Below are positions 17,653 through 25,125 of a DNA stretch of 32,000 nt, piece by piece. The stretch's first letter is position 1, and every line of letters begins with the position of its first letter. The notes below the pieces were generated by a model, which had not been told where the DNA came from, ran no database searches, and saw nothing but the letters and a program-made list of their open reading frames with translations. The translations under genes were made by a program, and so were the position numbers. The stretch comes from Nitrososphaerota archaeon (GTDB taxonomy: Archaea > Thermoproteota > Nitrososphaeria_A > Caldarchaeales > Calditenuaceae): the NCBI GenBank assembly GCA_038741355.1, contig JAVYLC010000005.1, forward strand, positions 1 to 32,000. Reading direction: 5' to 3'.

Positions 17653-18256
17653 GCCTCTTAACACCCTCTGCCCCTAGGCCATGCAATAGAAAGTTACTGA
17701 TAACCTTGAAGGGTTTTGGGACGGGCATGTTATGTTCTTCATATTGGAAGATAGATGTTGTTGTGAGGCTGATGATCGTGGATTCGAGCATCTTACGGGT
17801 TCCGGCCCCAAAGGTCACTGGCAGCTCAATTACTTGGTTATTGGGCCCCACTCTAAAGACCTTGAATAGCCCGTCTGATACCTTCTTGGAGCCGCCGTAC
17901 TTTGAGGGATCTATAACTAGGGCGATGGCGTTCTGGTATAGTGCCTGATAGGTTAGCTGGGTTCGGATATCTATAGGGGACAGGAATAGACCTAGAGATG
18001 GATGGGAGTGGTACCATCCAACGATAAAGAGGGGGATTTTATGGTCGTGAAGGAATTCTGCTACCCTTGCCATCACCTCTTCATTAAGGACGACGAACCC
18101 TGGGGAGCCGGTCTGGCTGCCGGTAACAGCATCCCACACCTCAACAACCCCATTCTCCTCGGTCCCAAGCAGTAGACCCGCCACCTCAATCTTGGGGTTA
18201 GAGAGGGAGTGGTTGATGACTTTTGCTAGCGCCGGCGGGAGCAGCCTAACCCTCAT
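17645..18256 (-). CDS. JAMM/MPN+ metalloprotease (Rpn11/CSN5-like deubiquitinase candidate)
   Basis: Upstream Glu in KIEVAGLLLG and a complete JAMM motif, GWYHSHPSLGLFLSPID (H-x-H-x7-S-x2-D). 203 aa. Confidence 0.85.
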   Translation of the reverse strand: MRVRLLPPALAKVINHSLSNPKIEVAGLLLGTEENGVVEVWDAVTGSQTGSPGFVVLNEEVMARVAEFLHDHKIPLFIVGWYHSHPSLGLFLSPIDIRTQLTYQALYQNAIALVIDPSKYGGSKKVSDGLFKVFRVGPNNQVIELPVTFGAGTRKMLESTIISLTTTSIFQYEEHNMPVPKPFKVISNFLLHGLGAEGVKRHE

Positions 18257-18283
18257 TTTGCCCCAGTATCATGTAACTACCTG

Positions 18284-18293
18284 CCTATAAACC
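18284..18293 (-). promoter_or_regulatory. TATA-like box for the JAMM/coiled-coil operon
   Basis: The minus strand reads GGTTTATAGG about 32 nt upstream of the ATG at 18256. This spacing implies a leaderless or near-leaderless transcript. Confidence 0.4.
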
Positions 18294-18505
18294 CCTTACC
18301 TACATACCGCCCCGCTACGGGGGGATCAAAGATCTCTCACAACACTTGTAGTGCCTTCTCCCTTTACGAGTGTGGTAGACTTTGCCCGCCCCAAATTGTC
18401 CCATCATACTTTAAAAATCACCCAGGCGCAGTCCGAGGCCGTACCATATTATCGGGAGCGCGTATTTGTTACGTATGTGTGCACGCGATTCTCAGTACAG
18501 TTAAT

Positions 18506-18515
18506 CTATTTATAG
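18506..18515 (+). promoter_or_regulatory. TATA-like box for the Ub-E2-E1 operon
   Basis: CTATTTATAG lies about 40 nt upstream of the Ub ATG at 18552. Confidence 0.4.
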
Positions 18516-18551
18516 CCCATCCAATAAACTGGATTAGGCGATGCGGGAAAT

Positions 18552-18788
18552 ATGAAGATTAGAATAGTCCCTGCGGTTGGTGGTGGCCCGCCAATCGAAC
18601 TAGATGTCCCGCCCAATGCAAGTATAGGTGCCGTGAAGATGCGGGTTTGCGCCATAAAGAAGTTGAGGCCGGAGGATGCGAGGCTCACGTTTAAGGGAAG
18701 GGCGCTGAGCGACTCTGAGACAATCTCTTCAGCAGGAGTGACTGAGGGAGATAAACTGGTCTTGATTACTAGGACAGTTGGTGGGTAG
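18552..18788 (+). CDS. Ubiquitin-like beta-grasp modifier ending in Gly-Gly
   Basis: 78 aa. The C-terminus LVLITRTVGG is followed directly by TAG (checked: ggt ggg tag at 18780-18788). TFKGRAL resembles ubiquitin IFAGKQL, and LVLITR..GG resembles LHLVLRLRGG. Confidence 0.85.
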   Translation: MKIRIVPAVGGGPPIELDVPPNASIGAVKMRVCAIKKLRPEDARLTFKGRALSDSETISSAGVTEGDKLVLITRTVGG

Positions 18789-18790
18789 CT

Positions 18791-19294
18791 TTGGAGGCGT
18801 CGGAGGTTGGGTATCTGCCTGAGAGCAGATGGGTCAGGCGTCTGGCCCAAGAATACCAGCTCATCAGGAACTATGAGCCCAACTTCGACGCTGTAGGCGG
18901 CGACCTGACACACTATAAAGGAATAATTATCGGTTCTGGAGCCTATGATGGTGGGGTATTTGTTGTGGAGATTATCCTCCCACGCTCATTCCCATTTGTT
19001 CCCCCCGAGGTGGTCTGGCACACCCGGATATGGCATCCAAACTTCACGGATGAGGAGCCTGCTAGAATCTGTGAATCAATCCTGAACAAGGATTGGTACC
19101 CCAACATGCATATCGTCTCGGTTATTGAGGCTCTGAAGAACCTTCTCGCCAACCCTAACCCGGATGACCCGCTCAACGTCTGGGCAGCCCAAGAGTTGAA
19201 ATTATATCCAGAGAGATTTATCGCCCGGGTTAGGGAGTATATCAGGCTCTACGCAACGCAGGAGCGGTCCCTAGAGAAGCTCGCCGGGATATGA
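18791..19294 (+). CDS. UBC-fold ubiquitin-conjugating enzyme (E2)-like protein
   Basis: Canonical UBC layout: RRLAQEYQLI, GGVFVVEIILPRSFPFVPPEVVWHTRIWHPNF (HPN motif), catalytic-Cys context RICESILNKDWYP, and LLANPNPDDPLN. The only available start is TTG at 18791, 2 nt after the Ub stop. Confidence 0.85.
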   Translation: MEASEVGYLPESRWVRRLAQEYQLIRNYEPNFDAVGGDLTHYKGIIIGSGAYDGGVFVVEIILPRSFPFVPPEVVWHTRIWHPNFTDEEPARICESILNKDWYPNMHIVSVIEALKNLLANPNPDDPLNVWAAQELKLYPERFIARVREYIRLYATQERSLEKLAGI

Positions 19295-20457
19295 CTGGTA
19301 TGGAGAGGTACGACCGTCAACTCCGCATAGAGGGTTGGGACCAGAACATTCTACTATACTCGACCGTATTTATTGCTGGCGTCGGAGCAATAGGTGGTGA
19401 GGTGGCGAAGAACCTCGCGATGATGGGCGTAGGCAAGTTGATACTCGCAGACTATGACTATGTTGAGCTAAGCAACCTGAGTCGACAACTCCTATTCCGG
19501 GACTCAGACATAGGTAAAGGGAAGGCGAGAGTTGCAGCTGAGAGGCTACGCGAGATTAACCCCCACGTAGCAGTCGAGGCCTACGGTCAAGATATCCGGG
19601 AGCTAGGAGAGGAGGTGCTAGGCAATGTGGACATAATCTTCTCATGCCTGGATAACTGGGCGTCCAGGAGGTGGTTGAACTCAGTTGCTGTCAGCCTTGA
19701 CAAACCCTTAGTCGACGGCGCCATGAACGGATTTTATGGAAATGTTCAGGTGGTTTTTCCACGAAAAACTGCGTGCCTAGAGTGCCAGAGCATTAACCTC
19801 ATACCTAGAGAGGAGAAGCTGGCAGAGTGCACACTTAAGAGGAGGAAGCCTGAACACCTCGTCAACGATCTGAAGGAGCATGGAATCATAATTTGTCTTG
19901 AGGAGGCTGAGAAGCTCTTCCAACTCAATATAAAGACGATCTACGATATAAAATACACGAAGCTAGACATGGTAGCGGAGTTGGCTGATGACCAGACACT
20001 AAAGCTGATAGAAGAACTAAGGTCGCGGCTAATGCCACCTATGCCTGCTATCCAGTCTGTAGCCTCAGTAATTGCAGGAATCATGACAACTATCGGCATA
20101 CAAATACTCCATCAAGGGCGTCTCGGAAAGCCGCTGACAGGCCTCATCGTTTATGACGCCCTCAACTCTCGCCTATCCCGTATCAAGATCTCCCGAGACC
20201 CGCACTGCATAGTATGCAATGAAAACTATTCTATGCCCCTCGAGCTTTCCTTCGACTTGAGTGAGACAGTCCTGAAGCTTAAAGAAACATTGGCCTCGGT
20301 CTTCGGATTCCCAGACCCCGAAGTGTTATATGCTGGGAAGAGACTGGACGATGAGGATGTCCTTGCCAAGGTTGGTGTGAGGGACAGGGATGTAATCTAC
20401 ATCTCTACGACGCGGCTTTTTGAGCCCCTAGCAATCAGGATAGTCTCCTCAGCCTAA
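19291..20457 (+). CDS. E1-like (ThiF/MoeB/Uba-type) adenylating enzyme with C-terminal beta-grasp-like domain
   Basis: RYDRQLRIEGW, nucleotide loop GVGAIGGEVAKNL, LSNLSRQLLF, and two CxxC pairs (CLEC at aa 162-165, CIVC at aa 306-309). There is an insert of about 85 aa between them, with Cys180 and Cys202. The ATG overlaps the E2 stop (ATGA at 19291-19294). Confidence 0.85.
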   Translation: MTGMERYDRQLRIEGWDQNILLYSTVFIAGVGAIGGEVAKNLAMMGVGKLILADYDYVELSNLSRQLLFRDSDIGKGKARVAAERLREINPHVAVEAYGQDIRELGEEVLGNVDIIFSCLDNWASRRWLNSVAVSLDKPLVDGAMNGFYGNVQVVFPRKTACLECQSINLIPREEKLAECTLKRRKPEHLVNDLKEHGIIICLEEAEKLFQLNIKTIYDIKYTKLDMVAELADDQTLKLIEELRSRLMPPMPAIQSVASVIAGIMTTIGIQILHQGRLGKPLTGLIVYDALNSRLSRIKISRDPHCIVCNENYSMPLELSFDLSETVLKLKETLASVFGFPDPEVLYAGKRLDDEDVLAKVGVRDRDVIYISTTRLFEPLAIRIVSSA

Positions 20458-20477
20458 ATATCCGTGAGTCGATGTCT

Positions 20478-21437
20478 CTATTCCTTCTCTGAAAGTATCC
20501 GCACCACCTGGGACTCATCAATGTTTCCGCCGGTCAACATCAGTACAACTTTCTTACCAGCTAGGCTGTCTCTCATCTTGTATGCTGCGGCGGTGGCCGC
20601 TGCGCCTGCGTGCTCGGCTATCTGTCTGACGTGGTGGTAGAGCTTTCTTATAGCCCTCTCCATCTCACCATCTGAGACAAGCACGACATCATCTATTCGG
20701 CCATAGAGTAGTGAGAAGGGGACCTCGTACGCCTTAGCCACGGCAAGACCCTCAGCCCTAGTCTCCACCCTATTCCTCGAGACTATCCTGCCCTGTTTCA
20801 GAGATTCGTAGAAGGCCGGTGCACCCTCGGCCTGAACGCCTATCACCCTTATCGAAGGGTCGACCGTCTTATAGACTATGCAAGCACCTATTGCACCAGA
20901 GCCGCCGCCTATCGGATTGAAAACCACGTCTACGCCTGGCAGCTCCCTCAGCACCTCTAGGTGCATGGTCGCCACACCCGGGTAGAGCAGCGACTCGTTT
21001 ATTGCGTGGATGTATTGATAGCCCTTCTCCCTCGCTAGCGCCTCCGCATGAAGTGCCGCCTCGTCGAAGAAGTTGCCATACGTTATAACGTGGGCGCCGA
21101 GCTGTTGGAGTGCCTCCTTCTTCACATCCGACACCCAGCTGGGCATCACAACATGCACGTCAACTCCGAATAGGCTTCCGGCATACGCGATTGACTGGGC
21201 ATGATTCCCCATAGACGCTGTGATTACTCCCGTTTTCCTCACCTCCTCAAACATCTTATACATATAGTAGATTCCACCCCTGACTTTGAAGGAGTGGGTA
21301 GGGTTCAGGTTCTCCAGCTTCACCCACACATCGCATCCCAGCTCCCTCGAGAGACCCCTAGAGCGGACAAGCGGGGTGGGCCTAAGATACCTCTCCAATA
21401 TCTGTGAAGCCTCAATAACGCTCTTCAGCGTAATCAT
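20478..21437 (-). CDS. PLP-dependent threonine/serine ammonia-lyase (short form, no ACT domain)
   Basis: PLP-lysine motif NPTHSFKVRGG and glycine loop PIGGGSGAIG. 319 aa, Trp-synthase-beta superfamily. Confidence 0.75.
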   Translation of the reverse strand: MITLKSVIEASQILERYLRPTPLVRSRGLSRELGCDVWVKLENLNPTHSFKVRGGIYYMYKMFEEVRKTGVITASMGNHAQSIAYAGSLFGVDVHVVMPSWVSDVKKEALQQLGAHVITYGNFFDEAALHAEALAREKGYQYIHAINESLLYPGVATMHLEVLRELPGVDVVFNPIGGGSGAIGACIVYKTVDPSIRVIGVQAEGAPAFYESLKQGRIVSRNRVETRAEGLAVAKAYEVPFSLLYGRIDDVVLVSDGEMERAIRKLYHHVRQIAEHAGAAATAAAYKMRDSLAGKKVVLMLTGGNIDESQVVRILSEKE

Positions 21438-21762
21438 GTCCGAGAGACTAAGAGTTTATTAAATTAAAAAAGATTCCCAATAACCTTCACACTCAGCAAC
21501 AATGAAAATCCTCCAGAGATAGAGGCCCAACTTCGGCTCTCTTTTGCCCAGAAAAACCTATAAACCGAGAATTGAAAGTGGTGTTTAGGGCAATGAAGTG
21601 TCTGGCCAGGCTGAATAGGTGATTGAGATCTTGAGCGCGGAGCCCCTTTTAAATAGCTGAAAAACCAGCCACTATAGCTCTTTTTAGTCTTTCAGGATCA
21701 TCGATGCAAAACCCTAATATGTATGGGGCTGAAGTACATGGGTATGGGTGTCTGCCAAGTAG

Positions 21763-22050
21763 ATGTCAGAGACCCGTGAGAGTGTCCTGATAACCAGGCT
21801 GGTCTTAGACGTTCTCAAACCCCACCAGCCTGATATTGTTGAGTTTAGTAAGAGGTTGGCTGGAATCAGGGGGATTAAGAGGGTGGATTCCTCTGTCCTC
21901 GAGATGGATGCGGAGACCGAGACGGTCAAGCTGATCATTGATGGAAATGACTTGGACGTAGAGGTGATAGGCGAGGCGATTAAGGCTTTAGGGGGAGCCA
22001 TACATAGTGTTGATGCTACTGTTGTGGAGAAGATAGAGCGTAAGAGGTAG
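21763..22050 (+). CDS. DUF211-family small protein
   Basis: RLVLDVLKPHQPDIVEF...TETVKLIIDGNDLDVEVIGEAIKALGGAIHSVD matches the DUF211 (archaeal COG1888-type) pattern, and the gene sits in the usual position upstream of a VIT-family membrane gene. Confidence 0.6.
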   Translation: MSETRESVLITRLVLDVLKPHQPDIVEFSKRLAGIRGIKRVDSSVLEMDAETETVKLIIDGNDLDVEVIGEAIKALGGAIHSVDATVVEKIERKR

Positions 22051-22059
22051 TGATCCTGG

Positions 22060-22656
22060 ATGGTTTTCGGCTGGCTTCGTAGTCGCTTGAAGACTATATT
22101 TGTGGTTACTGAGACGAGCGGTGTTGCACGGCGATACTTTTCACTCCAGGTCTTTGACGGGGCTATGGTGGGTGTCGGGCTGATCTTTGGCCTCCACCTC
22201 TCCGGCCCCCACCCGTTCAGGGTTGTTGCGCAGACAGTAGTCGCTGTCGTTATCGCCATGGTTATCTCGGGGTGGACTGGTGCCCTAATCTCGGAGAGGG
22301 CGGAGCAGGAGGCCAGAATTAGGAGGCTTGAGCTCGCCACCCTCACAGCCCTGAGAAACACCCTCCACAGTAGAGTGGGTTCTATCGCCGTACTACTGGT
22401 CGCCCTAGTGAATGCGCTTTCACCAGTAGCAGCGCTCCTGACGGTTTCACTACCATACCTAGTGGCGATCTACTTAGGAGCCGAGACTGTGTATGGGCTG
22501 ATATCCTCCCTCGCAGTCACTGCTGCCCTACTCCTAGTAGCGGGCGTGGTTGTCAGCCGAGCCGTAGGGATAAATGTGCTTAAAACCGCAGGCCAGATGA
22601 TAGGTGCGGGCCTAGCCGCTGCAGGACTGATCATTCTCTTCGAGATTCTCTTCTGA
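22060..22656 (+). CDS. VIT1/CCC1-family-like integral membrane protein
   Basis: ARRYFSLQVFDGAMVGVGLIFG (VIT-like DG motif), several predicted TM helices, and a glycine-rich C-terminal helix GQMIGAGLAAAGLIILF. Confidence 0.5.
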   Translation: MVFGWLRSRLKTIFVVTETSGVARRYFSLQVFDGAMVGVGLIFGLHLSGPHPFRVVAQTVVAVVIAMVISGWTGALISERAEQEARIRRLELATLTALRNTLHSRVGSIAVLLVALVNALSPVAALLTVSLPYLVAIYLGAETVYGLISSLAVTAALLLVAGVVVSRAVGINVLKTAGQMIGAGLAAAGLIILFEILF

Positions 22657-22667
22657 ACCAAAGTTAG

Positions 22668-23753
22668 TTAAAAGTCGGTGAGCCTACTCTGACCCCTCTC
22701 AGAGCTCAGGTCGTAAACCCTGACCCCGATCCTTCGAAGGTCCTCCTCGAGGCCGCCTAGAAGGGCCCTCAAGAGCTGGTGAGAGGCGTTCTCCAACTCG
22801 GCCATCTCTTGCGTGTGGTGTGAGAGGACCATGCTCTTGGTAACCGGCTTCATCCCCCTTGTTACTCCTATGAGGGATACGCCTCGGAATCCATAGCCAA
22901 CCTCGACGATCCTTTGGTGTAGTTCGCGAATAGCTCTCCCCAGCTGCTCCCATATCTCAGCTTCATCCCGGGTTAGATGCTTCAACGTAATCATCCTGCT
23001 CACTTGTTTTGCCCCACCCCTTGGGGTCACCTGCTCAGAATACTCACCCCGGCTGGCGAGATAGATGAACCGCCCAACCCTAAATCCGAAAGCCTCGATA
23101 ATTCTATCTGATGGAACTCTGGCAAGATCCCCAATTGTTTTTATCCCCATTTCCTGAAGCCTTTTGGCTGTCTTCGCTCCAATGTAGGGGATGTCCTCTA
23201 TGGGTTTGGGCTTTAGGTACTGGTCTTCTGTGCCGGGTTTTATAACCAGTAGCCCGTCCGGTTTAGAGTCGTCGGCGGCCATCTTTGCTAAGAGCTTGTT
23301 CTTCGCAATCCCTATACTACAGGTTAGTCCAACCTTTTCCCTTATCTCCTTTTTCAAAGACGCCATAATAGAGGCGGCGTTCTCGAAGGAGCCTGCCGCG
23401 GCCTCCAGCAGGTTCATAAATGCCTCATCAATACTCGCCACCTCTATTACATCAGCGAACCCTCCCGCTATCTCGAAGACTTGGCGGGAGAGTTCGGAGT
23501 AGTAAGGCATATCAACTGGGTGAAAGACAGCGTCCACGTCTCGGAGAAGCTCCTTGGCCCGCCTAATCGGCATCCCAGACCGCACTCCATACCGTCTAGC
23601 CACATAGTTGCTTGTTGCTACCACCCCTGAGTCCTGTGTACGGCCGGAATAGACGCAGACTACTACCGGCTTATCCCTGATCGCGGGGTTGCGGAGCTCC
23701 TCAGCCTGCGCATAGAAATAGTCTATGTCTAGGCAGGCTACTGGACCGCTCAC
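22668..23753 (-). CDS. dpo4: Y-family DNA polymerase IV (Dpo4/Dbh/DinB)
   Basis: VACLDIDYFYAQAEELRNPAIRDKPVVVC, ATSNYVARRYGVRSGMP, SIDEAF and a HhH segment YIGAKTAKRLQEMGIKTIGDL. Closely parallels the Sulfolobus Dpo4 N-terminus. Confidence 0.9.
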   Translation of the reverse strand: MSGPVACLDIDYFYAQAEELRNPAIRDKPVVVCVYSGRTQDSGVVATSNYVARRYGVRSGMPIRRAKELLRDVDAVFHPVDMPYYSELSRQVFEIAGGFADVIEVASIDEAFMNLLEAAAGSFENAASIMASLKKEIREKVGLTCSIGIAKNKLLAKMAADDSKPDGLLVIKPGTEDQYLKPKPIEDIPYIGAKTAKRLQEMGIKTIGDLARVPSDRIIEAFGFRVGRFIYLASRGEYSEQVTPRGGAKQVSRMITLKHLTRDEAEIWEQLGRAIRELHQRIVEVGYGFRGVSLIGVTRGMKPVTKSMVLSHHTQEMAELENASHQLLRALLGGLEEDLRRIGVRVYDLSSERGQSRLTDF

Positions 23754-23773
23754 TGTCCGGTCCTTTCAGCGAG

Positions 23774-23783
23774 TATTATAAAA
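23774..23783 (-). promoter_or_regulatory. TATA-like box for dpo4
   Basis: The minus strand reads TTTTATAATA, centred about 25 nt upstream of the ATG at 23753 (leaderless-type spacing). Confidence 0.4.
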
Positions 23784-23803
23784 CTTTTTAACCTCTATCC
23801 ACA

Positions 23804-24082
23804 GGCTCTGTTAACTTAAGCCATCTCTATCACCCCTGTTATGCCCTTTATCATGTGTAGCGTCTCTGGCTGTGTGAGTATGTGGAATAGGTTCAGCCGG
23901 CCCCAGACAGCCGCATGACTCCTGTCTAAGAAAGGCTTAAGAGCCATAGCTGCACTCCTGAAGCTCAGGCCTAGGGCTAAGAGGTAAAGACCGTAGAGGA
24001 CAGCAGGTAAAGTCGTCCTCTGCCCAACAAACATGACCAAACAACCACAGCCCTAGGCCAAAGACCTTAAGTTAACAGAGCC
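23804..24082. mobile_element. 279-bp MITE with IS6-type terminal inverted repeats
   Basis: Perfect 17-bp inverted repeats: GGCTCTGTTAACTTAAG (23804-23820) and CTTAAGTTAACAGAGCC (24066-24082). Abutting 9-bp direct repeats CTATCCACA (23795-23803) and CTACCCACA (24083-24091) match 8/9. The only internal ORF is 74 aa and hydrophobic (23816-24040, minus strand), with no transposase similarity. Confidence 0.55.
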
Positions 24083-24150
24083 CTACCCACAACCATTAAA
24101 ATTTAATATATATTTGGTGGCGATATAATAGTGGGGCCAGAGAGACTAGT

Positions 24151-25122
24151 ATGGAGTCTGTGACATACTCGGCACCCGCCAAGGTCATATTTTGCGGTGA
24201 ACACTATGTCGTCTATGGGGGCAGGGCTATCGCCTGTGCTATTCCGAAGAGGGCTTACGCTACTGTCACCCGGAGAAGCGATTCTCTGTTGTCAATTGAG
24301 TCGCAGGACGCAAAGATATCAGCAGTCTGGAAGGGAGATAAGCTGGTAAGGAGCTCGGATCAGAGCGCGCCCACGAGGTTGCGTCCTCTCAAAGTGATGA
24401 TTGACCGCATATCCGAGATGTATGGCGTCAAGGGATTCTCCGTCGTCATTAAGTCCCAGATACCTAGGGGAATGGGGCTCGGCTCCTCGGCCTCCGTATC
24501 ACTAGCTGTGGCGTCAGCCTGCCTCTCCGCGGTTGGACATGAAGCTACCCGATCTGATGTGTTAGAGATTGCCACGATATCTGAGTCTGAGATACACTAC
24601 AGGGCGTCTGGAGTAGACCTGGCAGCGTCTTTGACAGGAGGATTCATATCCTATGTCAGGGGAGAGAGACCGAGACCCATCCCAGTTGAGGAAAAATTCA
24701 ACATCATTCTTGTGAGCACGAAAAAGGGGAGGAGGACCGGCAGCATCGTAAAGCAGGTCTCAACCCTTAGAGAACAGTTCATCAACGTCTTCGATAGACT
24801 TAGAATAGTAAATGATGAGATTGCCGCCGAGATGGAGGTCGCACTGAGGAATCTTAGGTTTGAGAGGCTTGGCTCACTCTTTACTATTCAGCACAACCTG
24901 CTTAAAACTATCGGTGTCTCGAATAAGACTCTTGACGAGGCCGTTGAGTATGCGCTGAAGGGAGGGGCCTTAGGTGCAAAGCTTACTGGAGCTGGAGGAG
25001 GAGGCTGTGTCATCGCAATAGCCCCCCAAAATAGATTAAAGGAGGTCGCTAAAATTATCTCAACCAAGTTCCCCGTCGAGGTCTTAACGGTTCCGCACGA
25101 AGGGCTTAGACGTGAGAAATGA
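24151..25122 (+). CDS. mvk: Mevalonate kinase (GHMP kinase)
   Basis: N-terminal APAKVIFCGEHYVVYG, GHMP motif II PRGMGLGSSASVSLAVA and motif III KLTGAGGGGCVIA. Confidence 0.85.
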   Translation: MESVTYSAPAKVIFCGEHYVVYGGRAIACAIPKRAYATVTRRSDSLLSIESQDAKISAVWKGDKLVRSSDQSAPTRLRPLKVMIDRISEMYGVKGFSVVIKSQIPRGMGLGSSASVSLAVASACLSAVGHEATRSDVLEIATISESEIHYRASGVDLAASLTGGFISYVRGERPRPIPVEEKFNIILVSTKKGRRTGSIVKQVSTLREQFINVFDRLRIVNDEIAAEMEVALRNLRFERLGSLFTIQHNLLKTIGVSNKTLDEAVEYALKGGALGAKLTGAGGGGCVIAIAPQNRLKEVAKIISTKFPVEVLTVPHEGLRREK

Positions 25123-25125
25123 GGC

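Noticed and set aside
18322-18407. Short (about 29-codon) minus-strand ORF (MMGQFGAGKVYHTRKGRRHYKCCERSLIPP) in the Ub/JAMM spacer, considered as the missing small RING/E3
   Set aside because: It has only two Cys and two His and no C3HC4/C3H2C3 spacing. It is too short for a RING or U-box and overlaps the promoter region, so it is probably not a gene.
21592-21640. Candidate C/D-box sRNA (ATGAAG - 12 nt - CTGA - 5 nt - TGATTGA ...)
   Set aside because: The C box is imperfect (ATGAAG rather than RUGAUGA). No terminal D box (CUGA) follows at the expected 12-nt spacing, and there is no terminal stem.
21714-22361. 215-aa ORF on the minus strand covering the DUF211 and VIT genes
   Set aside because: It runs antisense to two genes with recognisable family motifs. 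It has low-complexity S/T/P-rich composition and no motif of its own, so it is treated as a shadow ORF. The same reasoning applies to the antisense ORFs inside mcm (5173-6127), the coiled-coil gene (16991-17488), argG (25559-26086), Ub/E2 (18506-18913) and hel308.
23816-24040. 74-aa ORF inside the MITE, read as a small membrane protein
   Set aside because: It lies entirely within the repeat-bounded element, terminates inside the terminal inverted repeat and has an alternative start codon and no family resemblance. It is more likely fortuitous.
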